Assembly: GCA_035342335.1 (NCBI GenBank)
Contig: DAOQWY010000016.1
Coordinates: forward strand, 11,711 to 75,710
Direction of reading: 5' to 3'
Length of the DNA: 64,000 bases
Origin: Bacteroidales bacterium
GTDB taxonomy: Bacteria; Bacteroidota; Bacteroidia; Bacteroidales; JAGONC01
Part shown: positions 27,611-36,343 of the stretch, piece by piece
Layout of the letters: each line of letters opens with the position of its first letter
Numbering within the stretch: the first letter of the stretch is position 1
Translations under genes and position numbers: made by a program
Notes under the pieces: model-generated
Told to the model about the DNA's origin: nothing
Database searches by the model: none
Seen by the model: only the letters and a program-made list of their open reading frames with translations

Positions 27611-29026
27611 ATGTCATTGTCGAAAAGCACTCAGGGCAAAAGGGGACTGACCGAAAAGCTGGACTGGATATTTACACACAGGATCTGGGGATTTCCTGTC
27701 TTTTTTGTCACCCTCTGGATCATGTTTGTGGGCACCTTCCGCATCGGTGCCTTTCCAATGCACTGGATCGAGTCGGGTGTCACGGCGCTTTCTGCTTTTT
27801 TAAACACCCTGATGGCGGAGAGCATGCTGAAAGATTTGCTGATCAATGGGATCATCAGCGGCATAGGCGGTGTCATCGTATTTCTTCCCAACATCCTTCT
27901 CCTGTTCTTCTTCATATCCCTGATGGAAGAAACAGGTTACATGGCCCGGTCGGTGTACATCATGGATCCGATCATGCACCAGTTAGGGCTGCACGGCCGT
28001 TCCTTCATTCCCATGATCATGGGCTTCGGGTGCAACGTACCGGCGATCCTTGCCGCACGTTCCGTTGAGAACCGGGATAGCCGCCTGATCACCGTGCTGA
28101 TCAATCCGTTTTTTTCCTGCAGTGCACGCTTACCTGTTTACGTGTTGCTCATCAGTGCCTTTTTCCCTTCTCGCGCCGGGACCATGCTGTTCCTGATCTA
28201 TCTAATCGGAATCGTACTTGCCATCATCACGGCACTAATCCTGAAGCGAACCCTTTTCACGTCGGAGCACCTGCCATATCAAAAGGATCTCCCCCCCTTC
28301 CGTGTACCTGGACTGAAGCGAACACTGCAAAGTATGTGGGACAACGGCGTGGCGTACCTGAAAAAGATCAGCGGTGTGATCCTGATCGCCACCATGGTGA
28401 TTTGGGCACTGGGTTACTTTCCAAGAAACAGGGACCATTCAGCGGATTATGGGACTCAGCTGGCCGAATTGAATAAAAAATATGAATCAGAAATCCGGCT
28501 GACTGATCCGAACGATCGGGACCGGCTGAAAGAACTGCGGAGAAGCCGTGAGGAGCAGACAAGGCAACTTTCGCTTCAGCAGAATGCTGAACAACACGAA
28601 AAATCCTATATTGGACAGATCGGTAAGTGGATCGAACCGGCGCTGCGCCCCCTGGGATTCGACTGGAAGATGGGGATCAGCCTGCTATCGGGAATCCCTG
28701 CCAAGGAAATTGTCGTGAGCACCATGGGGGTATTATACCAGGCCGGTCAGGATCAGAGCGATCGTTCATCTTCTTCCCTGGTTGAAAAATTGCAAAACCA
28801 GGTTTACCCGACGGGATCCAGGACCGGGCAGCCGGTATTCACTCCCCTGGTGGCTTTTGGATTCATGGTCTTCATCCTGATCTATTTTCCCTGCATCGGA
28901 ACCATTGCTACGATCTCAAAGGTAGCCGGTTCGTGGAAATGGGGTGCATTTACCGTGGTGTATTCCACTTCACTTGCCTGGCTGATGGCATTCCTGATCC
29001 ATCAGATCGGCTCAATCATTCTATAA
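27611..29026 (+). CDS. FeoB-like membrane permease domain (nucleoside-recognition/Gate domains) lacking the N-terminal G domain
   Basis: 471-aa ORF. LDWIFTHRIWGFPVFFVTLWIMF, FLPNILLLFFFISLMEETGYMARS, and MGFGCNVPAILAARS match the FeoB transmembrane core. No GTPase motif is present here or upstream. Confidence 0.7.
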   Translation: MSLSKSTQGKRGLTEKLDWIFTHRIWGFPVFFVTLWIMFVGTFRIGAFPMHWIESGVTALSAFLNTLMAESMLKDLLINGIISGIGGVIVFLPNILLLFFFISLMEETGYMARSVYIMDPIMHQLGLHGRSFIPMIMGFGCNVPAILAARSVENRDSRLITVLINPFFSCSARLPVYVLLISAFFPSRAGTMLFLIYLIGIVLAIITALILKRTLFTSEHLPYQKDLPPFRVPGLKRTLQSMWDNGVAYLKKISGVILIATMVIWALGYFPRNRDHSADYGTQLAELNKKYESEIRLTDPNDRDRLKELRRSREEQTRQLSLQQNAEQHEKSYIGQIGKWIEPALRPLGFDWKMGISLLSGIPAKEIVVSTMGVLYQAGQDQSDRSSSSLVEKLQNQVYPTGSRTGQPVFTPLVAFGFMVFILIYFPCIGTIATISKVAGSWKWGAFTVVYSTSLAWLMAFLIHQIGSIIL

Positions 29027-29036
29027 ATCCCGATCG

Positions 29037-30005
29037 TCATTCGTCCAGGCGGTTCAATCCCTCCACTGCGCGGGGATAATTTGGTGACAGGCGCAGTGCC
29101 TCCTGGTAATCCAGCCTGGCTTTGACCTTCTCATTCAGGATTTCATGACACAGCCCCCTGTTGTATAATGCATCCACGTAGGAGGGATTCATCCGTAGCG
29201 TAAGGTCAAAAAAATGAATGGCCATGCGGTAGTCCTCCCGTCTGACAAGACAGATGTATCCAAGATTATAGGAAGCCAGGAAGTAACTTGAATCCAGGGC
29301 CAGGATCCGGTGGTACATTTCCTCCGCCCGTTGATCGTTTCCAGATTCCTGCATAAGCATCCCCAGGTTGTAAAGCACCTGGGTGTTTGTTGAATCGATC
29401 CTGATCGCGTTCTGGTAGTAGCCGGCGGCAATCTCGGTACTTTTCGGCGCAAGGAGGGAGCCAAGCATGACATAAGCATCCCTGTAATACTGATCCTGCT
29501 GGACGGCCTTCTGAAAGGACTCAATGGCAAGGCTTGTGTCACCGGTTTCAAGGTACGAGAGGCCCAGGTGAAAACAGGCCTCGGGATACACTGGCCGGAG
29601 TGCCGCTGCCTTTTTAAAATATTCCCTGGCCAGGCCGTGGTCCTGAAGCACCAGGTGCAGATAACCCATTTTGAAGCAAGCTACCGGATGAAGAGGATCC
29701 AGATCGGTTGCCTTGTTCAGTGCATCTTTTGCCTTGACTGGATTGTTCATTCCCAGATAGATATCCGATAGTGTAACAAAAAGCCCGGGATTGTCCGGGT
29801 CAAGTGTCAGAGCCTGGCTGATGGTGCTCAGGGCTTCGTTGATCCGATCCTCCGCCAGCAATAAACGGGCGCTGTCGTTGAGGGACCCGGCAGTCAGGGA
29901 AACGGATGCCGTTGCCTGGTGAGGGATGTCATCGGGTGGAGTCCGGTTATGACAGGCTGACAGCACGACAAGCGGTAAAAGGAGCGCCAGGAAAAGATCT
30001 TTCAT
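29037..30005 (-). CDS. TPR-repeat lipoprotein
   Basis: The lipobox is LVVLSAC. About seven 34-aa TPR units follow (A..Y...G......A...F.KA..L.P). Confidence 0.75.
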   Translation of the reverse strand: MKDLFLALLLPLVVLSACHNRTPPDDIPHQATASVSLTAGSLNDSARLLLAEDRINEALSTISQALTLDPDNPGLFVTLSDIYLGMNNPVKAKDALNKATDLDPLHPVACFKMGYLHLVLQDHGLAREYFKKAAALRPVYPEACFHLGLSYLETGDTSLAIESFQKAVQQDQYYRDAYVMLGSLLAPKSTEIAAGYYQNAIRIDSTNTQVLYNLGMLMQESGNDQRAEEMYHRILALDSSYFLASYNLGYICLVRREDYRMAIHFFDLTLRMNPSYVDALYNRGLCHEILNEKVKARLDYQEALRLSPNYPRAVEGLNRLDE

Positions 30006-30034
30006 CTTAGGGCAGGGCCATTGGTGAGTTCCTG

Positions 30035-31048
30035 TCAGGCAGTGGCTGTGAGGGCCTCCCTGACCTTTTTTTCAAGTTCCTGTGCCAGTTCGGGATTGTC
30101 CATCAGCAGTTTCTTCACGGTGTCTCTTCCCTGGCCGAGCCTGGTTTCCCCGTAGCTGAACCAGGTACCGCTTTTCTTGATGATATTGTGGTCGGTACCA
30201 AGGTCGATGATCTCGCCCATTTTTGAGATCCCTTCTCCGTAGATGATATCGAACTCAGCGATACGGAAAGGAGGGGCCAGTTTATTCTTGACGACCTTCA
30301 CCCTGGCCCGGTTACCGGTGATGTTCTCCCCATCCTTGATCTGGGTGGTCTTTCGGATGTCGAGACGGACAGAGGCATAAAATTTCAGGGCATTCCCTCC
30401 TGTTGTCGTTTCCGGGTTACCGAACATCACCCCGATCTTTTCGCGTAACTGATTGATAAAAACGCAGCTTGTATGGGTCTTGCTGATGGTGGCCGTTAGT
30501 TTCCGAAGGGCTTGTGACATCAGACGGGCCTGCAGGCCCAGTTTTGAGTCGCCCATTTCGCCTTCGATCTCACTTTTTGGGGTAAGGGCAGCCACAGAAT
30601 CGATGACAATGATATCGATGGCGCCGCTCCGTATCAGGTTCTCGGTGATCTCCAGGGCCTGTTCACCGTTATCCGGCTGGGAGATCAACAGGTTTTCAAT
30701 ATCCACACCCAGTTTTTGGGCATAAAAACGGTCGAAGGCATGTTCGGCATCGATGAAGGCAGCAATGCCACCGGCTTTTTGAGCCTCGGCGATGGCGTGG
30801 AGTGCCAGGGTCGTCTTGCCGGAGGATTCGGGTCCGTAGATCTCGATGACCCTCCCCCGGGGCAACCCTCCGATCCCCAGTGCATTATCCAGGGCAATGG
30901 AGCCGGTGGAAATTATGCCCACCTGAACGACTACATTGTCACCCAGCTTCATGATGGTACCTTTGCCATATTCCTTTTCCATCTTATCAATAACCAGCTG
31001 CAGAGCCTTCAGCTTTTCCCTGTTGTTCACGTTTTCATCTGATGCCAT
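30035..31048 (-). CDS. recA: Recombinase RecA
   Basis: [47 protein letters not shown], and [36 protein letters not shown] are canonical RecA motifs. Confidence 0.97.
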   Translation of the reverse strand: MASDENVNNREKLKALQLVIDKMEKEYGKGTIMKLGDNVVVQVGIISTGSIALDNALGIGGLPRGRVIEIYGPESSGKTTLALHAIAEAQKAGGIAAFIDAEHAFDRFYAQKLGVDIENLLISQPDNGEQALEITENLIRSGAIDIIVIDSVAALTPKSEIEGEMGDSKLGLQARLMSQALRKLTATISKTHTSCVFINQLREKIGVMFGNPETTTGGNALKFYASVRLDIRKTTQIKDGENITGNRARVKVVKNKLAPPFRIAEFDIIYGEGISKMGEIIDLGTDHNIIKKSGTWFSYGETRLGQGRDTVKKLLMDNPELAQELEKKVREALTATA

Positions 31049-31164
31049 AGATCCAGGTAGTTTAAATGTTCAAAACGGTCCTTTCCAGTTAATCCGGAAA
31101 TGGGGTAAAATGTTACCCGGTTTAAAAAAAAATCTGCATAAAAGTACGCAAAATCAAATTTCAC

Positions 31165-31274
31165 AGAGCAAAGAGCAAAAATCAAATGTTGTTTTTGTCA
31201 CAGGTTACAGGTTGCAGATTGCAGGTAAAGGTCGATGGACGCTTACTTTTGATCTTGCTTTTTGCTCTTTGCTC
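31165..31274. repeat. Long inverted repeat (AGAGCAAAGAGCAAAAA / TTTTTGCTCTTTGCTCT) in the recA-bcp spacer
   Basis: The core is a 17-bp perfect complementary pair. The ~60-nt loop contains CAGGTTACAGGTTGCAGATTGCAGGT. Confidence 0.8.
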
Positions 31275-31281
31275 TTTGAAC

Positions 31282-31743
31282 TTATCCCCGGGACAGGATC
31301 TGCTCGGTATGGTTTTGCGTATCGACCTTTGTGATGATTTGTTCGATGGTGCCATCCTTATCGATCACAAAGGTCACCCGGTGAATGCCATCGTAGGATC
31401 TGCCCATGAATTTTTTCGGGCCCCAGACACCGTAGGCGTTGATGATGGTTCGTTCAGTGTCAGGGATGAGGGGGAAAGGGAGGTTGAATTTGGCACTGAA
31501 TTTCTGGTGCGACTTGAGAGGATCGGCGCTCACCCCGATGACCTGGTACCCCTGGCCGAGCAGTTGCTGATGATTGTCGCGCAGGTTGCAGGCTTCCGCC
31601 GTACAACCGGGTGTGTCGTCCTTGGGGTAGAAATAAAGAACGACCTTCTTTCCCTTGAAATCCTCAAGTGCCACCCTGTTGCCGTTCTGGTCTGTGGCGG
31701 TGAAGGCTGGAGCCTTGTCACCGGTTTTCAGTGTTGTCATCAT
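31282..31743 (-). CDS. bcp: Thioredoxin-dependent peroxiredoxin Bcp
   Basis: KAPAFTATDQNG...KVVLYFYPKDDTPGCTAEAC is the Bcp/PrxQ active site. The start was moved to M17 (31743), because the first 16 track codons are encoded by an intergenic hairpin repeat. Confidence 0.85.
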   Translation of the reverse strand: MMTTLKTGDKAPAFTATDQNGNRVALEDFKGKKVVLYFYPKDDTPGCTAEACNLRDNHQQLLGQGYQVIGVSADPLKSHQKFSAKFNLPFPLIPDTERTIINAYGVWGPKKFMGRSYDGIHRVTFVIDKDGTIEQIITKVDTQNHTEQILSRG

Positions 31744-31903
31744 ATGATTCTTTATAAGATCAAAAAGCAAATAGTAAAGATCAAAGATCATAAATATTTT
31801 TGATTTTTGCTCTTTGATCTTTGATTAAAATTTCATTTTAAAGCGTGTCTCTTTCTTTGAGATCCCTGCTTTCGCAGGGATGACGATCGCTGTGGAGTTA
31901 AGG

Positions 31904-31945
31904 GAGTGGGCGATAAAATTGGCTTACCAATTTTATCGCCCACTC
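31904..31945. repeat. Perfect 19-bp stem / 4-nt loop hairpin
   Basis: GAGTGGGCGATAAAATTGG-CTTA-CCAATTTTATCGCCCACTC. Confidence 0.9.
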
Positions 31946-31960
31946 ATTCTCTCCCCTTGG

Positions 31961-32120
31961 CATGCGTCATCCCGGCGTAAGCCGGGATCTTTTTCCCTTT
32001 GTAAACCATGCGTCATCCCGGCGTAAGCCGGGATCTTTTTCCCTTTGTAAACCATGCGTCATCCCGGCGTAAGCCGGGATCTTTTTCCCTTTGTAAACCA
32101 TGCGTCATCCCGGCGTAAGC
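31961..32120. repeat. 46-bp perfect tandem repeat, about 3.5 copies, each containing an ATCCCGGC-GTAA-GCCGGGAT hairpin
   Basis: The unit is CATGCGTCATCCCGGCGTAAGCCGGGATCTTTTTCCCTTTGTAAAC, starting at 31961, 32007, 32053 and 32099. The last copy is truncated and overlaps the nth stop. Confidence 0.95.
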
Positions 32121-32755
32121 AAGAATCTGTTGTAATATCGGCACCACTGCGTCAAACCGCACGCTTCGCACCGGGGCCTCCGCGCCTGGCAGATGTATCT
32201 GCCATGCAGGATCAGCCAGTGGTGGGCGATCGGGATCAGCGCTTCCGGAATATGCTGCACGAGTTGTTTTTCCGCTTCAAGAGGGTTTTTTGCATGATAC
32301 GTGAGTCCCAGACGGGCAGACACACGGAAAACATGAGTGTCGACGGCCAGGGCCGGTTTATGGAAAACAACGGAAGCAATGACGTTGGCACTCTTGCGTC
32401 CTATGCCTGGTAGCTTCTGAAGCTCCTCCGGTTCGGAAGGCACCTGGCAGGCATACTCGTCACGCAGTTTCCTTGCCATGCCAACCAGGTGGCGGGATTT
32501 ATTGTTAGGATATGAACAGCTCCGGATCAGCTCAAAAACATCGCTCACCTCCCCCTCTGCAAGGGATTCGATGGAAGGGAACCGCCTGAAGAATAAGGGT
32601 GTGATCAGGTTCACCCTCTTATCAGTACACTGGCCCGACAGGATGACAGCCACCATCAGTTCATAGGGACTTGTGTAGATGAGCTCGGTCTCTGCAACGG
32701 GCTGATGCACGGTGAAATACCCGATCACCCCCTCAAATCGTTCCTTCCTCGTCAT
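32105..32755 (-). CDS. nth: Endonuclease III
   Basis: The HhH-GPD motif is LPGIGRKSANVI, the catalytic region is DTHVFRV, and the 4Fe-4S cluster is CQARRPRCEACGLTQWC. Confidence 0.92.
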   Translation of the reverse strand: MTRKERFEGVIGYFTVHQPVAETELIYTSPYELMVAVILSGQCTDKRVNLITPLFFRRFPSIESLAEGEVSDVFELIRSCSYPNNKSRHLVGMARKLRDEYACQVPSEPEELQKLPGIGRKSANVIASVVFHKPALAVDTHVFRVSARLGLTYHAKNPLEAEKQLVQHIPEALIPIAHHWLILHGRYICQARRPRCEACGLTQWCRYYNRFLLTPG

Positions 32756-32765
32756 AGGGATGAGG

Positions 32766-32972
32766 TCAGTTCAGCATAAAGCGGATGCTACCAATGGTTT
32801 TCGTGTTTTGAACCGAAAGCGCCCGCGAGTAGTTCATGATCAGGCTGATCACAGAGGGCTTTGGCTGGGACATTTTACATTCCAATTCTGCATCAAACAG
32901 ACCGTCAGCTTTAAGCTCATCGAACGTGTGGTTAAAAAAATCTTCAAACGTAAAGGATTTCATCATACGCAT
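32766..32972 (-). CDS. Small hypothetical protein (68 aa)
   Basis: The ORF ends 10 bp upstream of nth on the same strand. It has no recognisable motif, so coding status is uncertain. Confidence 0.3.
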   Translation of the reverse strand: MRMMKSFTFEDFFNHTFDELKADGLFDAELECKMSQPKPSVISLIMNYSRALSVQNTKTIGSIRFMLN

Positions 32973-33077
32973 TCTAGTTGATTAAAAATGAGTTAATTTA
33001 CAAGTCAAACGGAGATCAGAAGTCAATTATTATGGAAGGATGAAAAATTTTTCCGGAAGAAACTTAACGAACGCAAA

Positions 33078-34298
33078 TTATGATTTAGTCTCCAGGTACT
33101 CCTTGGGCGAAGTACCCGTATATTTTTTAAAACAAGCATAGAAGGATGATTTGGATTGGAATCCGGCCATTTCAGCGATGGCTTCCATGGTGTATTTCTT
33201 TACGCTTTCTTCCATGATCCTGATGGCTTCCTTCATCCTGTACTCGTTCACAACACCGTAAAAATTCTTCCCCATGACCTCATTGAGTACGTAGGTAAGC
33301 TGGCGCCGCGGGATATGCAACTGATGGCACAGGTCGCTCATTGAATAGTTCGCATTCAAATACGGTTTATCCTTCGACATCAACTCACCGATCTGATGAA
33401 TGATCCTTTCGGATTCTCCGGGGGCAATCACCGGTTTGGAGCGGGAATGCTGAGCGTATTGATCCGCATCAACTCCGCCGGACGCAGCAGTCCGTCCACC
33501 CCCCGGGATGGAAATGGCCTTCTCAAGGGCAGTGACCTGAACCAGAAGGGTATCCTGTCGCAATGCATAGTAACCGGTCAGTCCGCCACCCGTAAGCAAC
33601 AGGATGTTTGAAAAAATCGCTTTTGCCATAGGATCGACTTTAGTCAAAAGCAAGGGTATTGCAATCGCCAGTATGAACAGAACAATGCTGATGGTCTCCA
33701 TCCTGATCCAGGCGGGTTGAAGGTAGGCAGAGCGGCCAGGATCCTTTTGCCGGGCCAGTTTTTCAGACCTAATGAGTGACCTCGCGTTCATAAACGCCAC
33801 AATTCCCTGCAGAACGATGAGCACCGGTCCTGCCCAACGACAGATCGCCCTGGCCATCCAAAAGGTATCCGTGATTGCTTCGCCTGCCATAGGAACTTTC
33901 CCTGTGATGATCAGAATCCTTTCATTCACCGGAAGCAGTCCGAATGCTGAAATGTTCACCAATAACCCCAAAACAGGAAAAATGAAAAGGATATGGCGCG
34001 ACCAGCCCGTGACTTCTTGATTCTCATTCGTTAGCGAGTAAATATAGAGGAAAAAAACTGGCAGTATGCTTAACAGAAGGGGGGTAAAAAAAACAGAAAG
34101 GACTGTCGTCAGATGGACATAGCCCAGATTGTGAACGGCATTCAGGATTAAAACGACCGACATGATCAGAAGCACCAAACCGATATACTTGCGGGATGGG
34201 AAAGCTCTCTTGAAGGTGATCAGCTGCAACGTATAGAACAGTGACTGATAGACAGGCAAGGCATAGAGAGAAACGATTAAATTCTCCTGGGTCAGCAT
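33078..34298 (-). CDS. Membrane-anchored AraC-family transcriptional regulator
   Basis: 406-aa ORF. The N-terminal ~250 aa contain about 6-7 hydrophobic helices. The C-terminus carries an AraC-type dual HTH (MSDLCHQLHIPRRQLTYVLN...IAEMAGFQSKSSFYACFKKYTGTSPKEY). Confidence 0.75.
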   Translation of the reverse strand: MLTQENLIVSLYALPVYQSLFYTLQLITFKRAFPSRKYIGLVLLIMSVVLILNAVHNLGYVHLTTVLSVFFTPLLLSILPVFFLYIYSLTNENQEVTGWSRHILFIFPVLGLLVNISAFGLLPVNERILIITGKVPMAGEAITDTFWMARAICRWAGPVLIVLQGIVAFMNARSLIRSEKLARQKDPGRSAYLQPAWIRMETISIVLFILAIAIPLLLTKVDPMAKAIFSNILLLTGGGLTGYYALRQDTLLVQVTALEKAISIPGGGRTAASGGVDADQYAQHSRSKPVIAPGESERIIHQIGELMSKDKPYLNANYSMSDLCHQLHIPRRQLTYVLNEVMGKNFYGVVNEYRMKEAIRIMEESVKKYTMEAIAEMAGFQSKSSFYACFKKYTGTSPKEYLETKS

Positions 34299-34445
34299 TT
34301 TATACAGTAAAGGTCAAAAATAATCCCCTGGATGCCTGTGTGGCTTGTAAAAACAAAATACCTGCACAAAGATAATGAATTTCCATATACCGTCATGGAA
34401 TTGCAATGTATTGAACTATAATAATCTACCAGGAAGCTCTTCGCT

Positions 34446-34967
34446 CTATTTCTTCCTGAACACCGGGTAAAACAGGGTGTCCTTAATCACCAGGATGAGT
34501 GCGATGATATAAAAACTATCCACCATGAGTGAATACAGAAACTTGTGGACGGAGGAAGCATGATAACCGGTCAGCTGAACAAGGAAAAAGACCTGCAGCG
34601 CCAAAAAGATCCCGAAATTGATCAGCACCAACCGGAATGCCTGTTTCAGTGATAGAACAAAAAAAAGAAATAACTGCCAGGCAAGTAAAATGACCGTTGG
34701 TTGCAGTATAGGGCCAATCTCCTGGGGAAAGCGAGTCCCTTTGCCCCTGATCAGTTCATAAACCATAAAAATGGGTACACGGTCACTGATCTCGTATTTT
34801 ATGATTTTATGGCTGCCTGATATTTTCAATAAACCATTGGTGAACCAGGCGAGGATCCGGGCATGAATTGCCTCATATCCGATCTGCCAACCGATGAAAA
34901 TCAGCAGTGTGATGATCAGCAGAAAAATGATCTTATTTCTGTTTGAATTCAATAATCTCATGATCAA
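34446..34967 (-). CDS. Multi-pass membrane protein, candidate exosortase-F-system-associated protein
   Basis: 173-aa ORF with four TM segments, lying 21 bp downstream of the XrtF-like gene. The call is based on context only. Confidence 0.4.
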   Translation of the reverse strand: MIMRLLNSNRNKIIFLLIITLLIFIGWQIGYEAIHARILAWFTNGLLKISGSHKIIKYEISDRVPIFMVYELIRGKGTRFPQEIGPILQPTVILLAWQLFLFFVLSLKQAFRLVLINFGIFLALQVFFLVQLTGYHASSVHKFLYSLMVDSFYIIALILVIKDTLFYPVFRKK

Positions 34968-34988
34968 GCAATCATTAATGAAGAATGA

Positions 34989-35615
34989 TCAGGATGTTCC
35001 TGACGAGGCTGGGTCAGTAACGCCATCTGAAGGTTTGCGGGCAACCTGGCTGCCTCCCGGAAGGTTACGGTAATATCGCCATAACCAGATCAGAAAAATC
35101 AGGAATCCAAAAAGAATATTCCATATATAATCGTGTACCTGATCAAACTGGGCCGGGTAATACTTTCCGATGTATCCCATGCTGACAAACCTGAGGTTAT
35201 TGATCACAAAGATCGAGGGCATAAAGATGGCCAGGGTGATCAATCGTTGTTTCCAGCTGACTGGTGAAAAAAGACTCAGGAAGATCGTAAAAATATAAAA
35301 ATTGTAGGCGGTACATTCCATGATGACGGCCATTTGAAAACCACCGACCCTCAACAGAGGGAATTCAGGGCTTTCAATAGGAATGAAAAAGATCTTGCCA
35401 AACAGAACAGCGCTCTGGATGGTAAACCGAACGAAAAAACCGATGATGTCATACTGGATGGAGGGCAGATGGAGGATGAACATCACGGCGGCCCACGACA
35501 AAATGGCGTAAAAAAGGGGCAGGAACTGCCGAAGCATCTGCCGGCGGGCTTCCTTTTTGGTCATTTTCTGCCTGGGCTGCGTTCTTATTTCATTCTTCGG
35601 TCTTCCGGCGGGCAT
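34989..35615 (-). CDS. Exosortase-family membrane protein, XrtF-like
   Basis: 208-aa polytopic protein with three candidate catalytic motifs in exosortase order: a Cys motif (VIMECTAYNF), an Arg motif (NNLRFV) and a His motif (VHDYIWN). An alternative start is M18 at 35564. Confidence 0.5.
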   Translation of the reverse strand: MPAGRPKNEIRTQPRQKMTKKEARRQMLRQFLPLFYAILSWAAVMFILHLPSIQYDIIGFFVRFTIQSAVLFGKIFFIPIESPEFPLLRVGGFQMAVIMECTAYNFYIFTIFLSLFSPVSWKQRLITLAIFMPSIFVINNLRFVSMGYIGKYYPAQFDQVHDYIWNILFGFLIFLIWLWRYYRNLPGGSQVARKPSDGVTDPASSGTS

Positions 35616-35755
35616 GGTTCAAATAGTAAAAATCAACTAGCAACTGGCAAAAAGCAAATTAGCTCACCTGGATTCATCACCTTGAAAGCGAAGAGCCTGT
35701 TTTTTCTCTGCTAAATTATAAAAATACCGTTGGATTTGATTTTGAAGTGCAAAAA

Positions 35756-36343
35756 TTAGCTGATGAGATCTTTTTCCCTGATCATTTTCCGCAGGTTGAT
35801 CAGTGCATAGCGCATCCTGCCCAGTGCTGTGTTGATACTGACGTCGGTCTGCTCGGCAATGTCCTTGAAGCTCATGTCGGCATAATGACGCATGATCAGC
35901 ACTTCCCGCTGTTCTTTTGGTAGGCAGTCGACGAGTTTCCGGAGATCGGCATGCACCTGTTCGGTGATGATCCTCTCCTCCACGGAAGCATCACCATAAC
36001 GCAGCGTATCAAAGATGTCAAAATCATCATGGCAATTGTCAACAACCGGTATCCGCCTGGATTTTCTAAAATGATCGATGACCAGGTTATGGGCAATCCG
36101 CATCACCCACTGGATAAATTTCCCCTCCTCCTTGTAGGTTCCCGTCCGGAGGGTGTTGATCACTTTAATGAAGGTATCCTGGAAAATATCATCGGCAAGT
36201 TCCGGATCCTTGACTACCATCAGGATATAGGCGTAAACACGCTTCTTGTGACGGTGGATAAGGATTTCGAGGCTGGTCTCATTACCGGATAAATACGCGC
36301 CGATTAGCTCCTGATCGCTAATTTCGCTAGTTTGCATAAGCAC
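35756..36343 (-). CDS. ECF-type sigma-70 family RNA polymerase sigma factor
   Basis: Region 2 is DIFQDTFIKV...FIQWVMRIAHNLVIDHFRK. Region 4 is REVLIMRHYADMSFKDIAEQTDVSINTALGRMRYAL. Confidence 0.85.
   Translation of the reverse strand: MLMQTSEISDQELIGAYLSGNETSLEILIHRHKKRVYAYILMVVKDPELADDIFQDTFIKVINTLRTGTYKEEGKFIQWVMRIAHNLVIDHFRKSRRIPVVDNCHDDFDIFDTLRYGDASVEERIITEQVHADLRKLVDCLPKEQREVLIMRHYADMSFKDIAEQTDVSINTALGRMRYALINLRKMIREKDLIS

Noticed and set aside
27541-28068. 175-aa + strand ORF overlapping the start of the FeoB-like gene
   Set aside because: It is an alternative frame of the same strand and is His/Arg/Cys-rich. The FeoB frame shows conserved membrane-domain motifs.
31186-31803. 205-aa + strand ORF
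   Set aside because: It lies antisense to bcp, which has the PGCT peroxiredoxin active site. Its start lies in the intergenic inverted repeat.
31961-32120. Possible CRISPR array
   Set aside because: The 46-bp units are directly abutting with no unique spacers, and no cas genes are in the window. It is a tandem repeat, not a CRISPR array.
32054-32413. 119-aa + strand ORF beginning MRHPGVSRDLFPFVNH
   Set aside because: Its N-terminus is simply the 46-bp tandem repeat read in frame. The rest lies antisense to nth.
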